In this document: piece by piece, positions 39,562 through 47,663 of the stretch
Layout: each line of letters starts with the position of its first letter
How positions within the stretch are numbered: position 1 is the first letter of the stretch
Origin: a virus
Reading direction: 5' to 3' (one strand)
IMG/VR virus record: IMGVR_UViG_3300031951_009873
Span: 1 to 64,000 of that record
DNA length: 64,000 bases
Made by a program: the position numbers and the translations under genes
The notes under the pieces: generated by a model
Told to the model about the DNA's origin: nothing
Database searches by the model: none
Seen by the model: only the letters and a program-made list of their open reading frames with translations

Positions 39562-39761
39562 TAGAAACTAAGAAAAGAACTATGTTTAAAACTATTAGTT
39601 GGAGATTGGTTGCGATATTAAATTCATTTTTAATTTTAACTATGAACCTAACTACAAACAATTTACTCAATGCGATATACATGAATATTACTGGGTTTTT
39701 TGTTTTCTATTTTTTTGAAAGAGTTTGGGCCAATATACAATATGGGAGATACATAGAGTGA
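39552..39761 (+). CDS. DUF2061 family small membrane protein
   Basis: RT..KTISWR...FY..ERVW..I.YG. Confidence 0.75.
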   Translation: MGVIETKKRTMFKTISWRLVAILNSFLILTMNLTTNNLLNAIYMNITGFFVFYFFERVWANIQYGRYIE

Positions 39762-40957
39762 TATATGTTTTGGATATAGATGGTTGGCCGTTCGATTCAC
39801 AGTGGCCCAGTAATAAGGAACCATTTCAATATGTAACATTAGAATACTTTATTAAAGATTTTTTGTTTAAAGGGAAACAAATTGCGGTACATAAAATAGA
39901 AGGCAATAACAAAATTTCCCCAGAGGCTGTAGATAAAATACTGACAGAAAATACAGATATTAAAGTATTTGCCTGTAATTTAGATGCATTTGAAGACAAG
40001 CAGTCATTATTATTATATGATGAACAACTTTGTCAAAAATATCCGAACGTATTTTTTATATTTTTTTACCACGAATTAGATTTTACATTTTTAGTAGACT
40101 CGACTAGCAAAGGTATAAAAAATATAAGTTATGTCGTTAATTCGTTCACTACAAATGATTATGAAGAACTTAATAAAAAGATATTTCCATACTATGTTAT
40201 AAATTCCTACCTACAGAAAAATTATGAATCGATGTACAGAATGTACCATCCGAACTATAATCTAAGAAAAATTAAGAAATTTAATTTTCTAAATGGCATA
40301 CATAAACCGCATAGATTAGCTGCGTACGAATTGATAAAAACGCATAATATGTTAGATGATGGTTTCTTTTCTTATTTAGATTACACAAAATTTTTAAAGA
40401 ATGACCAACACAAAGAAACAACAGCTAACTGGTTGGACATAACCATAGAAGAACTAGAAACCAGATTATCTAACCTTGAAGTTCCTTATTTGTTAGAAAC
40501 ATACGAACCAAAGAACCAACCTGGGGTATTTGCTGCACCGTTCTTAATTCCCTTTATATATTCTTGGCAAAGTTATATTTCGATTACATCTGAAACAAAT
40601 TATATAGAACGTACAAACGTGGTATCCTTATCAGAAAAATCATTTAAAGCATTCGCTGGGTTTAATATTCCATTGATATATGGACAACCCAATCTAGTTG
40701 AATATTTAAAAAAGTTAGGATTTGATATGTTCGATGATTTATTTGATAACACTGTTGTAAACAGCAAAGCAGAAACATTAAGTAAACTGGATAGAAATTT
40801 ACAAGTTATTAAAAATATGTCGTTAGAAGAATTACACAATTTCTATGTAAAAAATTACAATAGGGTACAAAATAATTTTTATAATCTAATTTACAAAATA
40901 AAAGATAGACACTTTAACCAAATTCAACAAAATGTTAATGAAATATTCAATAAGTGA
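39758..40957 (+). CDS. GT10-like protein, paralog 4
   Basis: FNFLNG..KPHR; ITSETN..LSEKSFKA...PLIYG...LGFDMFDD; GTG start overlapping the previous stop. Confidence 0.5.
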   Translation: MIYVLDIDGWPFDSQWPSNKEPFQYVTLEYFIKDFLFKGKQIAVHKIEGNNKISPEAVDKILTENTDIKVFACNLDAFEDKQSLLLYDEQLCQKYPNVFFIFFYHELDFTFLVDSTSKGIKNISYVVNSFTTNDYEELNKKIFPYYVINSYLQKNYESMYRMYHPNYNLRKIKKFNFLNGIHKPHRLAAYELIKTHNMLDDGFFSYLDYTKFLKNDQHKETTANWLDITIEELETRLSNLEVPYLLETYEPKNQPGVFAAPFLIPFIYSWQSYISITSETNYIERTNVVSLSEKSFKAFAGFNIPLIYGQPNLVEYLKKLGFDMFDDLFDNTVVNSKAETLSKLDRNLQVIKNMSLEELHNFYVKNYNRVQNNFYNLIYKIKDRHFNQIQQNVNEIFNK

Positions 40958-41564
40958 TTCGTGGGACTGGGTTACACATTTTGAAAATACTATAGCAGAG
41001 TATTGTGGGTCACGGTATGCAGTTGCGTGTGATTCCAACACCAATGCAATACGACTTGTATTACACTATCTGGGTATACAAAATCAACGCATACATATTC
41101 CGGCGAGAACATATGTGTCTGTACCGAACCAAATTATACTATCAGGAAATACACCAGTATTCGTAGATATTGATTGGCAAGGGTTGTACAATATTGGAAA
41201 TACTTCTATTGTTGATGCGGCTACCGCATTTTATAAGGGAATGTACCAAGAAAAGTATACCATATTATCTTTTCATCTTAAGAAAATTTTGAACATCGGA
41301 ACGGGTGGTATGATTCTGACCAACGATAAAGAGTTTGAACAATGGGCACGCCCTATGATTTATGATGGTAGACATAAGAACAAAATGTACGTTGATGACC
41401 AATTTGAGTGTGTAGGTTGGCATATGTATATGACTCCAGAACAAGCCAAGCGTGGATTAGAAATATTTCATTCCGACAAAATTAAAGATTGGAACTCTCC
41501 GTGTGGTGGAAGTTGGTTATACAAAGATTTACGAGAACAAAATGTTTTTAAGAGTTACGTATGA
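40938..41564 (+). CDS. DegT/DnrJ/EryC1/StrS sugar aminotransferase, short form
   Basis: FE..IAEY.G..YAVA..S.T.A, P..TY.S, DAA, SFHLKK (PLP lysine), GGMILT. Confidence 0.8.
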   Translation: MKYSISDSWDWVTHFENTIAEYCGSRYAVACDSNTNAIRLVLHYLGIQNQRIHIPARTYVSVPNQIILSGNTPVFVDIDWQGLYNIGNTSIVDAATAFYKGMYQEKYTILSFHLKKILNIGTGGMILTNDKEFEQWARPMIYDGRHKNKMYVDDQFECVGWHMYMTPEQAKRGLEIFHSDKIKDWNSPCGGSWLYKDLREQNVFKSYV

Positions 41565-41908
41565 CAAATTTAGTTTATTTTTTCTATTCTCTGGGATTAT
41601 TTATTTTAGGTTCATTTGGTCACTGGTATATTATGTATTGGCAATTTAAGAATCCTAATTGGATTAAAATGCCGACGCCATACATACTAGCAGCAGCGTC
41701 CGCATTTTTCTGGATTTCCGCATCTCATTACGGGGTTAAAGCATTCAACGGTGAGATGTGGTCAAACAGATTTTTGTTTTTCGTTACTGGTATAATGGTA
41801 GCAGCAATACTTTATCCTTATCATTTTAATCAACCATTTACAGGAAAGACGTTTGTACAACTACTTCTTTCACTAACCATAATTCTTGTAAGTTTACTTT
41901 GGAAATAA
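41561..41908 (+). CDS. Small 4-TM membrane protein (SMR/DMT-like)
   Basis: 115 aa with four hydrophobic stretches. Confidence 0.5.
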   Translation: MTNLVYFFYSLGLFILGSFGHWYIMYWQFKNPNWIKMPTPYILAAASAFFWISASHYGVKAFNGEMWSNRFLFFVTGIMVAAILYPYHFNQPFTGKTFVQLLLSLTIILVSLLWK

Positions 41909-41909
41909 T

Positions 41910-42614
41910 ATGAAACAAAAACTATTTCATTATGGGTGTTCGTTCACAGAAAACATTCGTTCATTTAAACTACATAACTTGTTTACGGACAAGTATGATT
42001 ATCATAATCACGGTTTAGCTAGTTCCGGTAACGGATTGATTTTTGATACTTTTAAGAAAACCGCAGAATCAGATTCTATAGCTATTTTACAGTGGTCATC
42101 TCTTACTCGTCCTCGGGATGAAAATTATAAAATATTAGAAACGTCTGATAATCCATTGTATGATTATTTGGAAGAATGGTATGGTACCTTATCCGAAGCA
42201 AGAGAATTTTCCAATAAAAATAATATAAAACTAGTACAGTATATTGGATGGGCTGAGTGGAAGGACTCTGAGTTAAACGATTATCATAGAAATAAACTTC
42301 AATCGTTTGGTATACATTGGTTTAAGTCTAAAAAGCAGTGGGACATAATTGCATCAAATTGTTTTCAATTTGAGGATCCTTACGAATGGAGTTCTCCTCC
42401 CAGACAGTTACCAGATGGAGAATATTTCCTTTGGTCAGATATAGAATGGGGCGGCATGAGTGAATGGATTAGATCAAATATAGAGATACACGATAGATAT
42501 AGGGGATGGACGGATGACACAGTTGCGGGAACCACATATTATGACCCGCACCCATCGGAGTATGCTAGTATTCAGTTTATAAAGGAATTTTTATTAAAAA
42601 CATTGGAAATGTAA
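41910..42614 (+). CDS. SGNH-like protein
   Basis: YGCSFT, SGN..I, QWSS..R, GGM.EW, DPHPS. Confidence 0.55.
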   Translation: MKQKLFHYGCSFTENIRSFKLHNLFTDKYDYHNHGLASSGNGLIFDTFKKTAESDSIAILQWSSLTRPRDENYKILETSDNPLYDYLEEWYGTLSEAREFSNKNNIKLVQYIGWAEWKDSELNDYHRNKLQSFGIHWFKSKKQWDIIASNCFQFEDPYEWSSPPRQLPDGEYFLWSDIEWGGMSEWIRSNIEIHDRYRGWTDDTVAGTTYYDPHPSEYASIQFIKEFLLKTLEM

Positions 42615-42615
42615 G

Positions 42616-43413
42616 ATGAAAACTATACTTTCTATTGGTTGTTCTTATGCTCTTGATTTAAATCAACACTATAAAAAAACTAGTACGCTTAGATTTTCAT
42701 ATGATGGTGCCTCGATAGAAACAATACTGGAAATGGTTAAGTATTTAGAAAGTACGGAAGAGCACTCAACTGAAAATTGGGTTGTGGGTATAACTCAAAT
42801 AGGTAGATTGAATAAACAAATTCCAAAAGGATTAGAATGGCAATCTCCAACATTAATAAAACCTAGAAATTTATTTTTCGACAAAGACCATAAATGGTGT
42901 TTTTTCTCGGAAGGACAAGAAGAAAAAGAAATGTCCTCTAATTTTTCATCAGAGTGGTGGAAAACCGAACATATCTCACACGTTTCCAAGCCAATAGAAG
43001 AACACATTAGAAATTATCTGAATGCTATTGTTGAAATACAAAATATTTTGAAAGATAAAAAATTTGTAATGTTTTTGATGAATAATACATTAGATGGTTG
43101 GGTTTATAAAAAAGATGGTAGATTATCACATATATATTCTGAATATAAAGGTTTCGACATACCAGAATTTAATGACACATTCACATTAGAAAAGATATGT
43201 CCCAGAGAGTGGTCTAATATAGATTTTAGTAAATTTTGTTTGTATGAACACATGCAAAGTAAGTTTGGTGGGCTTGATGAATACACTATACACAAGTATG
43301 GAGTAAATCATTTTGGTACGTATCAATCGGCGGATAAAAATGTATTTGGACAACATCCTATACACGAAGCACAATGGAATTTTTTCAATGAGGTCATAAA
43401 ACACAGATTATGA
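42616..43413 (+). CDS. SGNH-like protein
   Basis: IGCSYA, GAS, TQ..R, GGLDEY, QHP. Confidence 0.5.
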   Translation: MKTILSIGCSYALDLNQHYKKTSTLRFSYDGASIETILEMVKYLESTEEHSTENWVVGITQIGRLNKQIPKGLEWQSPTLIKPRNLFFDKDHKWCFFSEGQEEKEMSSNFSSEWWKTEHISHVSKPIEEHIRNYLNAIVEIQNILKDKKFVMFLMNNTLDGWVYKKDGRLSHIYSEYKGFDIPEFNDTFTLEKICPREWSNIDFSKFCLYEHMQSKFGGLDEYTIHKYGVNHFGTYQSADKNVFGQHPIHEAQWNFFNEVIKHRL

Positions 43414-44195
43414 TAAATAAAAAAACAGAATGGGATTTTAATAAATCCGAATATGGATTTGGCAGAACTAAAATTGATAATTTCTTGGACGAAAACACCG
43501 TTCGGGCTTTATATGAAGAATGTGTAAACGCACCAAAGGGCGGATGGACTGTGTTTACTCGCGCGGGTTCTCGTATGGAAGAGTTTAACGACTTGATTTC
43601 TTTACCGACCGCACACAGGATTACATATGATATTATGCACTCCGGTGAGTTCTTATATGAACTAGAACAAATGACTGGTATCGTTGGATTACTACCAGAC
43701 CCACATTTAGTTGGTTCGGGATATTCGATTATCAGAAATGGTAACACACTTGGGTGCCATTACGACTTTAACTGGAATGACCGTATCCGATTACATAGAA
43801 AATTGACATCATTGTTGTACATTACCCCAGACTGGCAAGACGAATGGGGTGGACATATTCAATATTATGATGATAATATAGATGTTAATCCGAACGCAAA
43901 ACTAATTGAATCGGTGGCACCAAGATTTAATAGATTTGTTATCAACGAGAATATTAAGCACGGACCATATCACAGAGTAAGTGCGGTAAATGCACCAGAT
44001 GATATTGGTCGGTGTGCTATCAGGTTCTTCTATTATATCAGTACTTCTGATCCAGATAAAGACAATCCACCACACAGAAGTACTTATAAATCCAACGAAT
44101 ATTCACATCACAAGCTATATGAAGAAGAAACTTGGGATGGGCATTTCGTAGGAAATGGCGGGGAAGACTACGGATATAACCACACGAATAAATAA
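43410..44195 (+). CDS. 2OG-Fe(II) oxygenase (2OG-FeII_Oxy_3-like)
   Basis: L.PDP.L.G.G, HYDFN (HxD), LLY..P.W..EWGG, P.FNR, YHRV, R.AIRFFYY. Confidence 0.85.
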   Translation: MINKKTEWDFNKSEYGFGRTKIDNFLDENTVRALYEECVNAPKGGWTVFTRAGSRMEEFNDLISLPTAHRITYDIMHSGEFLYELEQMTGIVGLLPDPHLVGSGYSIIRNGNTLGCHYDFNWNDRIRLHRKLTSLLYITPDWQDEWGGHIQYYDDNIDVNPNAKLIESVAPRFNRFVINENIKHGPYHRVSAVNAPDDIGRCAIRFFYYISTSDPDKDNPPHRSTYKSNEYSHHKLYEEETWDGHFVGNGGEDYGYNHTNK

Positions 44196-44842
44196 TGTAT
44201 TGTGTTTTCCACTTACCGAGAACAGGCTCAAGATATTTACACAGTTTAATTAATAGTAGCTTGTCATATCTTGACCCAAGACACATAGGTACACATTTAG
44301 AACCATTCAATCCTGAGTTCAACACTTTAAATGATATTGAACATAAGTTTGAAGAGTTCACTAATAACGAACCACCGACAACCGTGAAAATGGTTATCAA
44401 TCATTATCCGTGGTTAGCGGATAAATTCATACAGCACCAAAAATACACTACGATTTTTATAAAACCTTTAAATTATAGAAAACGTTTATTGAAAGCACTG
44501 GTAGAAAAACATTTCAGAACATACAGTAACGGAACGAATAGAAAGGATGTAAGAGAGCCATTTGTGGGTAAATTAAAGTTTTCTGATGAATTAATAGAAG
44601 AACGTTTTTTTCATTACAAACTTCATATGGAATATGAAACACGATGCGACTATGTTTTTTATGATGAGTATTTATTCACGCATACAACTGACGTATTAAC
44701 TAAATTGAATTTACCATTAGTTACTACAAGATATAAACGGGTGGCACCATACTATTCAGATGAAGATATGCTAGAAAATATTGATGAGTTCAACAAACAA
44801 TACGATAAACTTAGTGTAAAAATTTTTGGATATGTTGTATGA
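44195..44842 (+). CDS. Sulfotransferase-like P-loop protein
   Basis: N-terminal LPRTGS (5'-PSB-like), EPFNP; paralog of 45437. Confidence 0.5.
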   Translation: MYCVFHLPRTGSRYLHSLINSSLSYLDPRHIGTHLEPFNPEFNTLNDIEHKFEEFTNNEPPTTVKMVINHYPWLADKFIQHQKYTTIFIKPLNYRKRLLKALVEKHFRTYSNGTNRKDVREPFVGKLKFSDELIEERFFHYKLHMEYETRCDYVFYDEYLFTHTTDVLTKLNLPLVTTRYKRVAPYYSDEDMLENIDEFNKQYDKLSVKIFGYVV

Positions 44843-45420
44843 TAACAAATGAATTGTTAAAAATAGAACGTATCAAACCTACTGATATGGTAGGTATAAT
44901 GTTGTCTGGTGGAATGGATAGTGCATTATTATTATATCTACTAGCTAAAAATTTAACTAATCAAATAATTCCGTTCACTGTTCCAAAAACAGATGGTGCG
45001 AAACATTACGTCGTACCGATTGTTACGTGGGTAAATAATAAACTAAATAAAAACATACCAGAACCACAGTTGATAGGAAATCCATCAGTATATCATTCTC
45101 AAATAATAAACCATTCTTTAAAGGAAATAGAAGAAATGTACGATGTTTTATACTTTGCAGGAAATTCATATCCAGAAAATATATTGCCTGGCGGACCCAA
45201 TCGTACTAAAAGAACAAATTCCAAACATTTACAACCATTTTTTGAGTTATATAAAACAGATATCTTACGAGGATATATAACTTATGATATAATGGATTTA
45301 ATATTACTAACTCATACGTGCACAGAATTAGAATATGGTAGATGTAATGTCTGTTGGCAATGCAAGGAAAGAGAATGGGCCTTCAAAGAACTAGATATAT
45401 TAGACAGAGGGATACAATGA
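44839..45420 (+). CDS. QueC-like PP-loop ATP pyrophosphatase
   Basis: LSGGMDS; PF...KT.I; THTC....RCNVCWQCKER.WA Zn motif. Confidence 0.7.
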   Translation: MITNELLKIERIKPTDMVGIMLSGGMDSALLLYLLAKNLTNQIIPFTVPKTDGAKHYVVPIVTWVNNKLNKNIPEPQLIGNPSVYHSQIINHSLKEIEEMYDVLYFAGNSYPENILPGGPNRTKRTNSKHLQPFFELYKTDILRGYITYDIMDLILLTHTCTELEYGRCNVCWQCKEREWAFKELDILDRGIQ

Positions 45421-45436
45421 TAATAGAGATATTAAT

Positions 45437-46072
45437 ATGTATTGTATAGTTGCATTACCTAAAACTGCTTCTACACTTACATGGCACATAATTGATGACG
45501 CACTGAAACGAAATAATTTAAACTGTGATTACGGAGATATAGAACCATTTAATCCATATAATAAAAATTATACACCTAGATTAGAAAACCAAGAAATTAT
45601 TTATCAACGTTTGTTGATTAGTAAACCGTTACCATTGATAAAATTATTAACTAACTATAACTACAATATATTTAATTGGTTTAATAATTCACCGTATCAA
45701 TTGATTTTTTTAAAACCAAAAAACATTAGAAAACAAATACTTGGTTCATTAATAGGCAACGTGACAAAAAATTATTTTGGTATAAGAGAAGAACGATTGG
45801 AGTTGAAAGGTAAGTTAAAATTTGAAAGATATAAAATAGAACAAAAAGTGTTCGCATACAAAAAACATATGAGACTAGAACGATTCTGTAAATACAGTTT
45901 TTACGATACAGAAATCATAACCAATCCAAATTATTTATTAGAAACTTTAAAGTTACACAAAACAGAAACAGTATATAATAATTACACACTACCAATTATC
46001 AGCGATGATGATATGTTAGAAGATATTGATGAGTTTAATAAACTATATGAGGAGTGTATTAATACATTATGA
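45437..46072 (+). CDS. Sulfotransferase-like P-loop protein
   Basis: LPKTAS, EPFNP, IFLKP.N.RK; DDDMLEDIDEFNKLY resembles the C-terminus of 44195. Confidence 0.5.
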   Translation: MYCIVALPKTASTLTWHIIDDALKRNNLNCDYGDIEPFNPYNKNYTPRLENQEIIYQRLLISKPLPLIKLLTNYNYNIFNWFNNSPYQLIFLKPKNIRKQILGSLIGNVTKNYFGIREERLELKGKLKFERYKIEQKVFAYKKHMRLERFCKYSFYDTEIITNPNYLLETLKLHKTETVYNNYTLPIISDDDMLEDIDEFNKLYEECINTL

Positions 46073-46290
46073 CAGTTCATATAAAAAGACATATTGCAAA
46101 AGCAATTACATATAGAATAGTAGGTACCTTGACAACATTTATTATTTCGTATATATTTACGGGTAGTATATCTCTATCATCCGCGATAGGGGCCACAGAA
46201 TTAATAGTCAAACCCGTCAATTATTTTTTACACGAACGGGCGTGGTATAAGTGGATTAAATTTGGTCTTACTAATAAGAACGAGGAATAA
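46069..46290 (+). CDS. DUF2061 family small membrane protein
   Basis: RHIAKAITYRIVGT...K...YFLHERAW..I.FG. Confidence 0.8.
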   Translation: MTVHIKRHIAKAITYRIVGTLTTFIISYIFTGSISLSSAIGATELIVKPVNYFLHERAWYKWIKFGLTNKNEE

Positions 46291-46293
46291 TAT

Positions 46294-47058
46294 ATGAGAA
46301 TTTTGGTTATGGGATTGCCTGGGTCTGGAAAGACTACATTATCTAAGGTATTGGCGGAAAAGTTAGATGCCGCTTACTTCAATGCAGACGAAGTACGGAA
46401 ACAGTTCAACGATTGGGACTTTTCTGAAACTGGTCGTAAACGTCAAGCATATCGGATGCGGGAACTTTGTGATATGTCAGAAACGTATCATACGGTGGCA
46501 GATTTTGTCTGTCCCACAGAAGAAACCCGTGAACTCTTCTTACCAGATTTTATTGTGTTTATGAATACAATAGATGCTGGGAGATTTGAGGATACCAATA
46601 GAGTGTTTGAGGTACCCGAAAAGGTAAATGTATTGGTGAATGGATGGATAGACACAAATACACAAGCAGATATTATCATTGAACAAATCAAGAAAGTGGA
46701 CGTACATTTTGGTTGGCAGAATCCTACGGGACTGATGATTGGTCGGTTCCAACCATTCCACGATGGGCACTTGAAGTTATTTGAGACTATCTTGGAGAAG
46801 GAAGGTCAGGTACTTATTGCGGTCAGAGACACCTATAATACCGACGAAAAGAACCCATTCAATTATGTGGAGGTTATCGAAGGAATCCACAAGAAGCTGG
46901 AAAATAAGTACCGTGGAAAATACTATATAATGTCTGTCCCGAATATCACTGGGGTCTATTATGGTCGGGATGTGGGATATAAAGTCGAGAAAATCAATCT
47001 GGACCCACAAACTGAATCGATTTCTGCTACCCAAATTCGGAAGGAAATGGGGAAGTAA
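46294..47058 (+). CDS. Adenylyl-sulfate (APS) kinase-like + HxGH nucleotidyltransferase fusion
   Basis: GLPGSGKTT, NADEVR..DWDFS..GR.RQ, DFVCP, FE.P; then GRFQPFHDGH, YGRDVGY, ISATQIR. Confidence 0.8.
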   Translation: MRILVMGLPGSGKTTLSKVLAEKLDAAYFNADEVRKQFNDWDFSETGRKRQAYRMRELCDMSETYHTVADFVCPTEETRELFLPDFIVFMNTIDAGRFEDTNRVFEVPEKVNVLVNGWIDTNTQADIIIEQIKKVDVHFGWQNPTGLMIGRFQPFHDGHLKLFETILEKEGQVLIAVRDTYNTDEKNPFNYVEVIEGIHKKLENKYRGKYYIMSVPNITGVYYGRDVGYKVEKINLDPQTESISATQIRKEMGK

Positions 47059-47061
47059 ACG

Positions 47062-47070
47062 ATATTTATT
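47062..47070 (+). promoter_or_regulatory. Late-promoter-like motif ATATTTATT
   Basis: One mismatch to ATATTTATA, directly upstream of ATG 47074. Confidence 0.3.
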
Positions 47071-47073
47071 AGT

Positions 47074-47640
47074 ATGCAAGTAAATGTACCTGCGAATTGT
47101 GAAAGAATAAATGTTTTGTTTTCTGGAGGGGCAGATAGTTCACTATTGGCGTATCTGTTGATAAAGCAAAATACTGATATACCGATAGTTCTTCATTTTA
47201 TGAAACATAGGCTGGATTTTCAGAGTCCACACATGACTAACTGCCACAATTGGTTAGAACGACATTTTAATAAGAAAATTTTGTTAAATGGATGGGGAAA
47301 GACATTTATTAGACAAGCAGTTGAAATGATACTCATAGACTTTCCAGGATATGTGTATAGTGGGTGTAATAAGGTTCCTGAAAACGTATTTGTTCCAACG
47401 GTTATTATTCCGTACGATACCCCGCCGGTACGTGGTACTGAATATAATGAGTTTCATAAACGTCCGTTCATAGAAATGTTAAAGCCAGAGTTATATAAAA
47501 TATACCAGAAAGAAAATATTTTAGATTTATTTAATCTATCTTTTTCTTGCGGGGCTCCTGTAAAAAATGAAGATGGAGTAAATGTTCCGTGTGGGGGTTG
47601 TTTTTTCTGTATGGAACGCGTATGGGGAATGCAAAGTTAA
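47074..47640 (+). CDS. QueC-like PP-loop ATP pyrophosphatase
   Basis: FSGGADS; RPF...K; SFSC...PCGGCFFCMER.WG. Confidence 0.7.
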   Translation: MQVNVPANCERINVLFSGGADSSLLAYLLIKQNTDIPIVLHFMKHRLDFQSPHMTNCHNWLERHFNKKILLNGWGKTFIRQAVEMILIDFPGYVYSGCNKVPENVFVPTVIIPYDTPPVRGTEYNEFHKRPFIEMLKPELYKIYQKENILDLFNLSFSCGAPVKNEDGVNVPCGGCFFCMERVWGMQS

Positions 47641-47663
47641 TTATACACTAGTTTGGAGATTTT

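Noticed and set aside
43410-44195. Collagen prolyl-4-hydroxylase for the fibres
   Set aside because: The long Gly-X-Y tracts contain no proline; a sugar or small-molecule substrate is more plausible
18796-47058. Resemblance to the saxitoxin cluster (amidinotransferase, carbamoyltransferase, GDSL, PhyH dioxygenase, sulfotransferase, APS kinase, small membrane protein)
   Set aside because: No SxtA PKS-like enzyme, Rieske oxygenases or cytidine-deaminase-like SxtB; the context is nucleotide-sugar and glycosyltransferase genes, so a shared tailoring toolkit is more likely than toxin synthesis
44839-47640. 7-deazaguanine DNA-modification pathway (queC)
   Set aside because: No folE, queD, queE or dpdA in the window and the proteins are divergent, so no gene symbol was assigned
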